Part shown: piece after piece, positions 7,987 to 19,400 of the stretch
Position numbering within the stretch: the first letter of the stretch is position 1
Layout of the letters: the number at the start of each line of letters is the position of its first letter
Origin: a virus
Virus record (IMG/VR): IMGVR_UViG_3300010429_000218
Location: 2,528 to 66,527 of that record
Strand: one strand, 5' to 3'
DNA: 64,000 nucleotides
The notes under the pieces: generated by a model
Told to the model about the DNA's origin: nothing
The model's database searches: none
The model's input: only the letters and a program-made list of their open reading frames with translations
Translations under genes and position numbers: made by a program

Positions 7987-8187
7987 ATGAGCGCACCATA
8001 CTCTCGGCGTCCGAACGAAAGGCCCCGCGCCTCCGCTACGGAGTGGGAAGAAGCCTCGGCTAACGGCCGTCCTATAGGACTAGCCTATGCGTTATGGCTT
8101 CAGTTGTGGCACTGGGACGCCGAAACGGTATGGGGTGACTTACTGAAAGAAACCAGAAACTGTGGTTACGACGGAGAAATAGAATGA
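7987..8187 (+). CDS. Hypothetical protein
   Basis: ORF between direct repeats. Confidence 0.45.
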   Translation: MSAPYSRRPNERPRASATEWEEASANGRPIGLAYALWLQLWHWDAETVWGDLLKETRNCGYDGEIE

Positions 8188-8260
8188 ACTCGCCCATCAC
8201 CAAACGCTGCTCGCCAATAGAAGAGGCGATGGTTGCGGCAAAGATTGGAGGTTACACAGA

Positions 8261-8452
8261 ATGACTATCAAATGCAGACTATGTGGAAAACTCGGCAGTG
8301 AGATTCAAGGCGCCTACCTTACCCGCGTCAATGAGAAAGGCGTCACGGGCATATGGGAATGTCGCCCTGTATGCGGTTCTAACCTGCCGCAAGAAACGCT
8401 CTTAATGATGGCTGTTGAGACCGACGCGGCAAAGACACATGGGTATGAATAA
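8261..8452 (+). CDS. Small Zn-ribbon protein
   Basis: CRLC...CRPVC; GGAGG RBS. Confidence 0.65.
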   Translation: MTIKCRLCGKLGSEIQGAYLTRVNEKGVTGIWECRPVCGSNLPQETLLMMAVETDAAKTHGYE

Positions 8453-8871
8453 TGAACCTTGAAGAACTTATGGCTTCAACGCCGCCAATGCAACAACATG
8501 CGCTCATTAATGGATTCCAAGCCGGTGCCGCCAGCCGGGATGCCGAGGTTGCTCAATGGCAGAAGATAATTGACGAAGAAGCCAAAGACTCTGCACTTGT
8601 AATCATTGAGCGCGACCAACTCCGCGCGCAAATCAATGTGCTGCTAAAAGCACTCCAACTAACGCAAGACCAAGCGATACGCGGGCGCACCTTCCCGGCA
8701 ACTGCAAGTCCTTCAGCGTGGTTCAATGCGGTAACTATTGCCCTCGCCTCCACCACCGAGCAGGCCCTTGCCGAGTACCGGAACAAGGTGATCGAAGAGT
8801 GCGCTGTAAAACTTGATCCGTGCGTTCCGATCTGGGCCAAAGAAGTGCGAGCCATGAAGGAGCAACCATGA
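8452..8871 (+). CDS. Hypothetical protein
   Basis: Coupled ORF in early operon. Confidence 0.65.
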   Translation: MNLEELMASTPPMQQHALINGFQAGAASRDAEVAQWQKIIDEEAKDSALVIIERDQLRAQINVLLKALQLTQDQAIRGRTFPATASPSAWFNAVTIALASTTEQALAEYRNKVIEECAVKLDPCVPIWAKEVRAMKEQP

Positions 8872-9041
8872 ACCTAATCGAAGAACTCCGCGCAGCCGCG
8901 AACGCGAAACTCACCCCATACGATGTTCATTGGGAGGACACGGCTAGGCGCCTTATGCGCCAGGCTGCTGATGTGATAGAAGCGGCAAATGCGGCGATTG
9001 ACGAAAACTACAGAAAGCAGGTTGGCCATGAACATCAATGA
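8868..9041 (+). CDS. Hypothetical protein
   Basis: AAGGAG RBS, ATGA overlap. Confidence 0.6.
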   Translation: MNLIEELRAAANAKLTPYDVHWEDTARRLMRQAADVIEAANAAIDENYRKQVGHEHQ

Positions 9042-9480
9042 ACTAGAGCAACTGGAGAAAACAGGTCGCTTTGACGTTAAGTCAATTGCACTTGAATGGA
9101 CAGAGCCGCATTCCCCTAATGGAGATTGTATGTATAACCACTATATCGCTGAAACAGCATTCGGGCGGTTCCTGCTTACATGGAAGGGGTGGAATGACTA
9201 TCCCGAATACGTCTTTGATGAAACTCCGTGGGATAGCGTTGAGTGTCGCGGATGGGCAACCATAACTGATGCGCAGGAATGGGCAGCACAGGAAATGGCT
9301 AGACGCATTCACATTCACATCGCCGCTGCCAACCCATCCGCAATCCTCGAACTGATCGCCGCGTACCGGGAAGCGGTTGATGCGTTAGAGCGGATAAAGA
9401 ACATTGACGATGAATATAACGAGGCTTGCTGGATTGCTGTCCATGCACTCGACACCGCAAAGCGTCTAGGAGTTGAATGA
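9028..9480 (+). CDS. Ead/Ea22-like protein
   Basis: HIAAANPSAILELI motif. Confidence 0.7.
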   Translation: MNINELEQLEKTGRFDVKSIALEWTEPHSPNGDCMYNHYIAETAFGRFLLTWKGWNDYPEYVFDETPWDSVECRGWATITDAQEWAAQEMARRIHIHIAAANPSAILELIAAYREAVDALERIKNIDDEYNEACWIAVHALDTAKRLGVE

Positions 9481-9572
9481 TGGATGAGCTAGACATTGCC
9501 ATCAAAGCTGTTCGTGCCTATGCTGAAATGCACCCGAGGCCGACACAGGTCGGGCACAAGCGGCGAAATTAG
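9477..9572 (+). pseudogene. Truncated excisionase-like HTH gene
   Basis: MMDELDIAIKAVRAYAEMHPRPTQV then early stop; the expected continuation AQAAKLG appears in a shifted frame. Confidence 0.5.
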
Positions 9573-10210
9573 GCAAGGATGTTCCATGCCTAGAGTGCGG
9601 CGCTGACTTCTACCAAAAACGACCAATCAAAGGAAAGCCAGCACGGAAGTTTTGCAGCACCTCCTGTTATCGAACTTATCTAGCCAAGCGTTTTGACAGA
9701 TGGGTAGCAAATCCTGAAGGCATGGCATTGCCTCAGTGTTACGACGAGTTTCTTGATCGAGAAGAGCTTGCGTGTGTTGTTGATGGTTGTAACTGGACTG
9801 GAAATCATTTGACCATGCATATGAATCAAGCGCATGGCGTCATGGCTGACGATTTTAAGCGGGCGGCAGGCTTCAATCTTTCGACTGGGGTAATTTCTAA
9901 GCCGTTAGCTAAAGCATACCGAGAGCGTGAAATCGTTGGCGTTGCAGCATGTCCTAATGATGCAGCACTAGAGCTTGCCCATGCTGCACTTGCGAACAAT
10001 CCGATCCGTTATAAGTCGCTTGAAGGGAAAGAGCACGCCAAGAAGGCGCGATCTCTTATGGGGGTCGGGCCGGAAAGAACATGTCATCGGTGCGGAAAGG
10101 AGTTTCAACAACAAAGCCCAATGGGCAGGATGCTGTACTGCTCTATAGAGTGCCGAAGTCGATCCTATGCAGAGAAACGTCGAGCGAACGCAAAGCAGTG
10201 TGCGACATGA
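9527..10210 (+). CDS. Multi-Zn-finger protein (MucR/Ros-like finger), 5'-truncated
   Basis: Frame open from 9527 without a start (CLEC..FCSTSC), first ATG 9722; C..C..HLTMHMNQAHG and CHRC..YCSIEC motifs. Confidence 0.65.
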   Translation, partial: NAPEADTGRAQAAKLGKDVPCLECGADFYQKRPIKGKPARKFCSTSCYRTYLAKRFDRWVANPEGMALPQCYDEFLDREELACVVDGCNWTGNHLTMHMNQAHGVMADDFKRAAGFNLSTGVISKPLAKAYREREIVGVAACPNDAALELAHAALANNPIRYKSLEGKEHAKKARSLMGVGPERTCHRCGKEFQQQSPMGRMLYCSIECRSRSYAEKRRANAKQCAT

Positions 10211-10281
10211 CTTTAAAGGAATAACGCAAAGAATCCGGTGCGCGAAGTTGCAAGCAATGGACGATTGCCTATACTGCACAG

Positions 10282-10437
10282 ATGGAAATCCTCTTCATCC
10301 TGTGGCTTGCCTACATGGCATTCATCGGCACACGTACCGCAGAGCAGCGCCAGAATCACTTGGCGCTGCTTTGGGGATCAATGGCGCTGATGCTACTTGC
10401 GTCTCTGCTGTACGTTCTAGGCCGCGTTCTTCTCTGA
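10282..10437 (+). CDS. 51-aa two-TM membrane protein with its own promoter (moron)
   Basis: MEILFILWLAYMAFIG...LALLWGSMALMLLASLLYVLGRVLL; TTGCAA-N16-TATACT at 10248-10275 just upstream. Confidence 0.65.
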   Translation: MEILFILWLAYMAFIGTRTAEQRQNHLALLWGSMALMLLASLLYVLGRVLL

Positions 10438-13400
10438 AAGACTGCGCACGCGGTCATTGAACATCTTCATGCGGCTGGTTATCTGCGACTCGATAGCCTT
10501 CACCCGTTCTGTATTATCCGCCTTCACTGCCTCGCGCTTCGCCGCTTTGAGTTTCTGAATCTCGCGCTCAACGTGATTCGCGCCGACAACCAGCATCGCT
10601 TCTGGATTGTCTTTGATGTACTCGCGGATAGCGTCTGCATTGCCTTCCTTGCGCAATCCCTTGATCTCGTTTTCGTGTTCGTTGATCCGCTGGATTGATG
10701 CGTAGAACTTTCCGCCTTCTGCCGATTGGCCGGTCGTATCGCCAATGAATCGACCGAACAGCGGAATCTTGTGCATCGGCAATTCCTCTCCAGTGGCAAG
10801 CGCCATGCCGGTTTGCTCTGCCTTTGACACTTCGCGCCCAACCCCGCCGGTTGCCTGGCCGATCAGGTAATCAATCTGGTCAGGCGTCGGGCTAAACAGT
10901 CCTTTTTTGTAGTCCGTTCCGCCGGATAGCAAATTGAACCCGTAGGAGATTGCTCGGCTCCAGCTTGTTGCCGTGTCTTTGGCGCGCAGATACCCAGGCG
11001 TCGGATTGAGCGAGTCACGATCCAGCTTGGCAATCGGCTTGCCTGTCCAGTCGCGGTTTTCTGAAAGCGCCGCCAGCGGGTCAATGACTGTTGGGGCGAT
11101 GGTCTGCAAGCTAAGTCCTGCGTTTCCAATCGGGTTGAACGTGTCGGCAAACAACCCGAATATATCGGCAATCCGCTTGGCCGGGTCTTTGAATCCAGAC
11201 ATGACAAACTCAGTCGGGATGCGTGACAGGTTAGGGATGACGTGGAAGCCAAGCGGCATAGGAATGGAAACATACTTGCCATCGCCAATCGGAATGATGA
11301 TGCTGCGCTCGCGTACAAACTCGGGGGGTTCATCGTCACCCATGCCGGACGCTGCAAGCAACATGGCCTGCATTGATCCAAGCAACAGCCCGCCGTATAG
11401 AATCTTCTTGCCCATTGGCCCGGCCATTGTCTCGGCGAGTCGTGCGGTGCCTTGTACAGACGCATTGAAGAAGGCGTACAAAGCGCCCATCTGCGTGGCG
11501 ACCTGGCCCTTACGATTAAAGTTGACCGTGAGATTCTTCGCCAGCGATGCCGCTTGTTCAACGCTCATGCCGCTTTCCTTGGCCGCCTTGAATGAGGCTA
11601 GGCGAACAGCGTTTTCCATCGACTCGTTGTAGTCACTTAGCCAGTCAAACATCGCCCCGCCGCGCTTCAACAACCAGTTTCGGTCAAGCGATTTCAGTTC
11701 CTTGGCAATGGCGTCGCCACGTTCCTGTGCATTACTGTACTGATCTCTGAACCCGGTTTGACCACCTGCATTCTGGAATTCATCAAACTCTTTTTCCCAT
11801 GCCGATGAAGGCGCCTTGCCGTTGCGAGAGTCTCGCAAATCAGCGTAGATTCCACGCAATGCAGACAGCGTGTATTTGAGAACCTTTTTCTGCTGCCCGG
11901 CCAACGGCGTAGTCGAAAGGTTAAGCATTGCACCCTGAGTGTCGCGCGTCAAATTGACCACGCCAAACACGGGGTTGTACTGCGTGTTGATCGCGGCCAT
12001 GTAACGAGTCGCCTTGGCAGTATTCGATAGCACCTTGCCAAGTTGATCCATGTCGAGATTCTTGATGGATTGCGCCATGCGAACAGATCGCGGATTCTTG
12101 TCGTCCATGATGACGAAATGATCCTCGCCGTTAATGCGGGTATGAATCACGTTGTCTTGCTGGCGGAAGCCTGGAACGATGCGAGTAACAACCTTGTCGG
12201 CCCACGACTGCTCTACCGATGTATTGTCATGGTGCAGACTGTAGCGTTCGGCATCTTCCATGCGGTCGAATTCATCCAGCACAACGCCATTCGTGTCATC
12301 GACAACCTTATACACAGCCTTGTTTTGAACGACTCTTTCCGTAGGCGCTTTGTCAACTTCCCATAGGTCAGCATTCGGATTGGCAACAGCAAGCCCGTAT
12401 AGCGCGTTGCTGACACGATTCTTTTCTGCCCTGACAATGTTGCGCTCGCGCTGCATGGCAAGGTTCGCCAGAATATCAACTACAGGCTTATTGGAGCCGA
12501 CCGCGCGCTTGCTGGCGCTGCCGCGAATCGAGTATCCCTTGCCTGTTCCAACGTGGCCGGTATCCACATCCTCACGATGAAGCGGCACATAGTTGCTGTA
12601 CGCGCCATTCCATGCGTCAATCGTTTCCTGCTTTTCAAGACCAGACTTGACGAGGATTTCTTGGCTGCTGCGGTTGATCGCGCCGATACGCTTTGCCAGT
12701 GATTCGTAGGCGGATCTCTTGGCCGGATCAAGTGCCTTCAGATAGGCTCTGGCATCGGCGGTTTTGATACCCGACCCGCCATCCGGCATCTGGTCGTTGA
12801 TCTTGGCAATCTGCTGGTTACGCTCTTCGGCGTGGCGGTTCCACAGATATTCCTCGAAGTCGGCCATCTCCACATTGAGCGAACGCATCTGTGCCACCAG
12901 AGGACGCAGTTCGTTGTTCAGGAAATCATGCACACCCTTGGACGCGCGACCGTGGAATAGCTCTTCCTGGAGGTAGGCGTTGTTGCTATCCGTCAGGTTG
13001 CCACCGGCCTTCTTGATCGACTGCACCACACGGCGCAGATCAACCTGCTTATCCTGCATGGCGTAGATAACATCATCCATCTTGGACGATTCTGGAATAT
13101 CAAATGCTGATTGCCTTCCAGAGTCTCCGATGATTTTGGCGCGGCTGTAGCGGATGTCAGGGTTGGTGCCGAAATCCCCATTGTTTCCTATGGCAGATTT
13201 CACCTGTGTATTGCTGAAGGCAATGTAATGCGTCAGCGTGTTCCCGAGATCAACAAATTCATGCGCCACATTGTCATAGTAACGGTCGGCGCGCTTTGCA
13301 ATAATCCCATCATATCCAGCGGCTTTTGCACGCTCAACACCGGCAGCATCGGAATCTGATCTACCAAACTCTTTCCAAAACGCATCAACCCCCTTGGTGT

Positions 13401-16400
13401 AAGGATTTTCAATACGAGCATAAACCGGCATGATATTTGCCGAAGGCGGAGCAAACGATATTCCTTTGACGGCCTCGCCGTACTCTCCCGCCTCTCGCGG
13501 ATTGTCAGTTAAGTAAATGGCCGGGCCAAACTCTCCTGAACGGGTTGTCTTGAATACAGAAAAGTCAGCGTTAGTTCCGTGATAAACAACCAGCGGCTTA
13601 CCGTCAGCGTCAACCACTTTGCTATTTCCAAACCATTTCTTGAATTCTGGCGTATCTGTCTGGTTGATCTTGGAGTAGGCCATCGCCTCCCGGCCCTGCG
13701 CCTGCAATATGCTATTGATTACCTCAACAGCCCTTCTGGAAGCCTCTTCTTCAGTAATTCCATTAGAAGTAATGCGACCGTCTGAACGCACATCATCACC
13801 TACGTCGTAGAGCGCAATTTCGTAATCAGCCGCGCCGTTGCGATCCTGGTATTCGACTGGAATCTGATGATCAGATACGCGGACTGTTTTTTGCTCACCG
13901 TTGATTTCAACAGAAAAATATTTACTGTCAGATTTTCCGCTACCGCTAATTGCGGATGGTTCGATGCCAAGTTTCTCAAGGTAAGCATGAACAATCTTCG
14001 CCATATCGCCAGCTTTGTTCAGCGAAACAGATTGACGCTCAGGCTCTCCGATTTCATCTTTGGCAATTTTCGTAGATAGCTCACGCTCAAGTTCGTTATA
14101 TCTGCTCGATCCGCTATCCGTCAGGTCGCCGTCTCCATCAAAATACTCCATATTGTTTTCTTTGTGCAGGTCGACATAAATCTTGTCCGGGCCGAATATG
14201 TTCGAGTAATCATCGCTTGAGCCTTTCGACCAGTCAGATTCAATCTCTTCAACAAGGTCGGCAATCTTCTGCTTATAGCCGTAGTTGTCTATCGGCTGCT
14301 CACCCTTGAACCGATTGACAAACGCATTGAATTCTTTGATACTGACTTTGCCGCCAGCCTCGCCAACATACTGCACAGGTTCCGACGAACCCGGATTAAC
14401 GGCTCTCACCGTCCGCTCTTGTGTCTTGCTCATGCGAGCGTCAGCGTAACCCGCAGACGTGTAAGAGGTGGCGGCAACCTTTCCAGCCTTCGCCTTCAAT
14501 CCAGCAATCGCCAGGTTAGCCAAGTCCTGCGGCTTGATATTGCCAATCGCCCACAATTTCAGTTTGCCATTCGGCATTCGTTGAATGATCGCAGTACGTA
14601 GTGCAGAGAGTAGCGATTCCACCCAACGCTTGATGATGTTAGGCTGTTTGGCACCATTGACGTACTGCTCAATGCTGTACGCGGCAATCTCTTCGGTACG
14701 ATGTTCAGCTTTCGTATCGCTCGGAATAGCCGCTTCGGCATCCTTGACCCATTGCGCGCCCTTGCCCATTGCCAGCATGGTATCGAGGCGCTTCATCATC
14801 TGCGTGTAGGTCTGTTCGCCTACGAGGTCGCGGATGGTCGAGTGGAAACCTTCGTGCTGTAGTACACCTGCGAAGTTGTCGGCATTCAGCGCGTCAAGGT
14901 TCAGGGAAATTGAACCATCCTTGTAGGTTGCGCCTTGATACTCGTTACCTTTGTTGGTGAAGCTGACAATTCCCGAGTCAATCAGTACCTTGCCTAGCTT
15001 GTCGCCAAGGATTGACTTGATGCGGGATTCGGCTTGGGCGCGGGGGAATGACTGGCCCTGTGTTGCGCCGTTTCCGCGCGAAAAGAAGTTAGCGCCGACC
15101 GAATCAACGTATTCGCCCGACTCGGCAACCGACTTTCCGCCATCTGTGGCCGCGCTGTCGTAGCGAATGCCATCAAACACGCCCACATCGATCGTGCCGA
15201 GCGCGCCTTTTAGGTTGCCGAACTGCGCCGTAGTTACCTTGCCGTCCGGCATGGCCACCAGCGCGCCAGTTGCGCCGGACTTGGCGGCTGCATTGAACAG
15301 CTTCATCAGCCGGCTACCGCTGCGCAATTCGCCCATTTCCTCCGGCGAGAACGGAACAAAGGAAGCGATTTCATTTTGCGCCGTCAGGAAGACAACACCA
15401 GGAGAATCCTTTGCCAGATCAGGAACTAGACGCTTTGCGTCTTGTGGTCCGCCCACCTTGCTGACCGGATTGGAATTGACCAGCTCGCGCTCAACAATCG
15501 GCACGCGATGCGGCGTCGGCTCGTTCGCCGAAACCTCGCCGCTATTGTAGTCATCATCTTCCCAGCGAATGGTGTCACCGCGCCGCGCCATCGCCGACAG
15601 CCCTTGATAGGTGACACTGGTATCGCGCAGGATTTTTCTGAAATTCCGCGACAGGGTTCTGTCGGCTTCCGACAGGTTGGGCATTCCGGACGGGTGGTTG
15701 TGCGACAGCCACAGATTCGCCGCGCCGTCGATCCGCGCCAGCTCCATCATCAGGGTCGATGAATACACGCTCGCTTGTGTTGGCGCACCCTTGAAAGCAC
15801 CAATGATCGCCAGCGGCTTGCCGTCTTTGTCGGTCACAAGGCCGTCCATATGCTCGACGGCAAAGCGCGACAAGTGCGCGAAGGCGCGGGCGGCGTCTTC
15901 GCTGGTCTTGACCGTGGCTACCGGGAGTTGTCTCTCGCCAACGGTAACGAGCTGGGCCGAAACGTGATAGACGCCTGGGGTATCTGCGGCTTCGCGGACA
16001 GCGAGTACGCGGCTTGCTCCCTGCCCGTCGTCAGCCCGCGCCCGGCTTTGTCGCCCGGCAGGTATAGCCCTTCTTTTGGTTTCGGGTAGCGCATGTTCGG
16101 TTCCTTGGAAAATGTCGCCCGTGAATGCGTCCGGCTCATTCACATTATAGACCGCGCTTTCTTCCATGAGCGCAATCCCTTTGTCGGTTTCCTTGGTTTC
16201 GAGCGTGTTGAACAGGTTGTCAAATGCTTCTGCAACAGGCGCTACCTCTTCCGGCAACAGGTACGGATAGCGCCCCTTGTCACGGCTAAAATCTTCCGCT
16301 GATTTAACATTCGCCAAATAGTCGTTTTGATACCCGCCTTCCATCATCTTGTGGATGACGTAGTTCTCAAATGATCTTGCGCCACGTTCAATGATGCGCG

Positions 16401-19400
16401 ACCAATATCCGTCTGGTCCTTTATCGATCTTTCTGGCGCGGGCCAGCATGGGCGAAGCATTGAGCGTTTCAACAAGCTCAGAAAACGCTTTCTCAACCTG
16501 CGGGCGAATGCCTTCAGGATGGTTCTTATCCTTCTCCCAATTATCTGTAATCCAATACTCAGAGCTAGGCGCCTGTTCATGCATCCGCTGCAAATCGGCG
16601 CGAGACATGGGCGTGCTGCGCTTGGTCTTGTGGACATACATCGCTTCCGGCTTGTAAGTCACAAAATTATCTTTGCGGTAAGCGTTTTGGTCGCCAGTGA
16701 ACTGAACCTCATTGCCGTCATTTCTCATGCGGGCAAAGTAGTTATCGAGCGCATGGAGCCATTCGTGGGCAATACTTCCTGCGCCCCTGGTCTTGGTCAG
16801 GTTGATGAATAGTTTGTCAGGCGAGAAGTGCGCCGAAGCCCATCCCTTGCCATCCAGTCCGAACCCAAGCGCCAATGTTCCATTGAGCGAAATCGCCTTT
16901 GGCGGTAGGCCGACGATCTCGGATAAATCCATGAGCGCGTCGTAGGCTTGGTTCAGCATGCCCTGGCGCTCTTTTGCGTCGTCGCCCTGTTTTACCCAAT
17001 TTCCAAAGTCGGCGGCGCGGAATCCGAACGTGTCAATGAACGTCTGCGAATCAACGTTCTTTCCTTTGCGCCAATCCTGTCCGGTGCGCGGACGATTTTC
17101 AGCGTTGCGAACATCCGTTTTCTTGACGTTATCGCTATCCTTTACAGCCTCCCACGCAGAAACAAGTTCGTCGTAGTTTTCCTTGCGGAATTTGAACGCC
17201 TCTTCTGTGCTGGTGAATGTTTTCAGTTTCCGGTATTCGCGGTCGCCTTTCTTGTTGATGAAATAGGAATTTCCTTTGCCTCGCACCTCGAATTCCATGA
17301 GCTTCGGCTTTGTCTCAACACCAAGCAGTTTGTTGATCTTGTCCAGTGCGTCATGGACGGAGCCAGCATTGTCGATCCAATGGCTCTTACCATCGATTTC
17401 AAGAGAAACCATTGGTGTATCAACTCGGTTTCCATCCTTGTATTGATAGGCATCCGGGCGCTCACGAACATATCCAATGCGCTTCCACTGGGCGCGATCA
17501 ATGGATTCAAGCAATACAACCTTTGAATAGAAGTCGTCCAGCGTCTTCCAGTTCTTCAACATCTCGCGCAGCCTGTCTCGCGTTTCGGTGCTGTTGATAA
17601 CCTTCTGAACCAATCCACGCAGCGCCTTGATCTTGTTTACCCAAGAATCAACCTTATAGACTTTACGTGGCTTTGCTGGAATTTCTGCTCTTGCCGCAGT
17701 CGATACGGCAGCAATAAACGCATCTTCTATGCTGTCAATTTCATCGGCGGGCCATATCTTTGACAGGGGCAAATTGGCTAACTCTTGGTCTGAATACTCT
17801 TTCGCCATTGAGGCAACTTTGTACTTTCGAGCAAATTCAAGCTTCTCGCCAGCGCCTTCGATTACTTCAGATTTCGCCTCTTTCTTGGCGTCGACCGCAG
17901 CAGGCTCAACGGCTTTGGCTTCTGTGGTTGCTTTGACGGGTTGCGCGGGTTCCTGTGCTGGTTGCTCTCTGCTTGAGAGAGTAGCCATTAGCTTCTCTGC
18001 CTCTACCTTAATTTCAAGTGGGGTAGTCGGCTTCCACATTTTTCCAAGGGATTTGCTTTTCCACTGCGAGAGAATTTCTTTGTAACGAAGCTCTGCGGAT
18101 TCTCTCTCGCTTTTTTCTGGTGCTTTCTGTCCCTGTGCGGGTTGCGCAAACACATCCTGTTGCCCGCGAGCATCCTCAGTCGTTACCTTGCGCTCTACGG
18201 GTGCGGGGGCTTCCTGTCCTAGCGCGAAGTCTTCAGCGGCTTTATCGACTTCGGCTTTCTTGGCGGCTTCGCGTTCGGCCAATACCTGCGCAGCACGGCG
18301 GGCCTTCTCTTTGGCGTTTGACTCGCGCTTGGCCTTGGCGATCAGTTCTTCATGCTGGCGCTTCTCTTCGGCAATGTCGGCTTTGCGCTTGGCGAGTTCG
18401 GCAGCGGCTTGTTCGTTGGTCTGACCAGTCAGCCAGTCGGGTTCTGCGCTTTCCTGAATTTCTCCATCTTGGCTGCCATTCCAAGCCCCTTGCGCATCCC
18501 GAGTTTCGCCAGTTCCTTGCGACGTTCCACCGGAATCATTATTTCCAGTCTCTTGCGCTCCGAAAGTTTGCTTGATTGCTTCATTGATTTCGTCCTCGGT
18601 TGCACCATCGCGCTTCATGCCGCGCTTGAATGCTTCAATCGGGTCATCATTATCATAGACCGTTTCGGCATGGAAATCGACCAGCGCCTTTTCGCGGTCG
18701 CTCAGGTCATCGTAGCCAATGGCGTCGTTCTCTTCCTGTTCAGCCTGCATTTCTGCTTGTTGCATTGCAGCATCAGGCGTCATTACAGCATCGCCGCCTA
18801 GTTCTCGGCGGAATGCTTCGATGGCATCGTTCTTGGTTGCGTCCTCAGGGAAATATCCGTGCTGCTTCAGTTCTTCCAAGACGCCATCGAACGACATGCC
18901 GCCTTTCTTGTGCAGCGGCATGTTGAAGCCAAGCGATAGCGATTTAAACGATGGCTTTGTAAGCTGACCTTTGTTTTTGCCGCTTTGAATGACTCTTCCA
19001 TTGTGACGAACACTAATGTCTTTTTGGTCGAATCCGTTGCTTGTCAGTTCTTGCGTATCCATGCCGCCAAGTTTGGCGATGGCCTGGAACAAAGTGTCTT
19101 TGGTTGAGTCGATTTCGCGACGGTTCGGCTTTGCCTTTGGCTTTGGTTGAGCCTCATTGTTTGCAGCGCGGCGCATTACTTCGCCATCCCACAAGCGGCC
19201 ATCGGTCAAAGAGTATTGCCCGCCAACGGCATCAATCTTTACCAGCTTGTTTTGGACGAAGTGATCCCATGCTTTACCGGCGTCTTCTTTGCTCAGTCCG
19301 AACTGCTCTTGAACGCTGTCAATGAAGTTGTTTGCTGCATTCGCTTGGCGTTGAGCTATGCCAGATGCGCCTTTGGCGATACCAGATTTTCCGCCTACGC

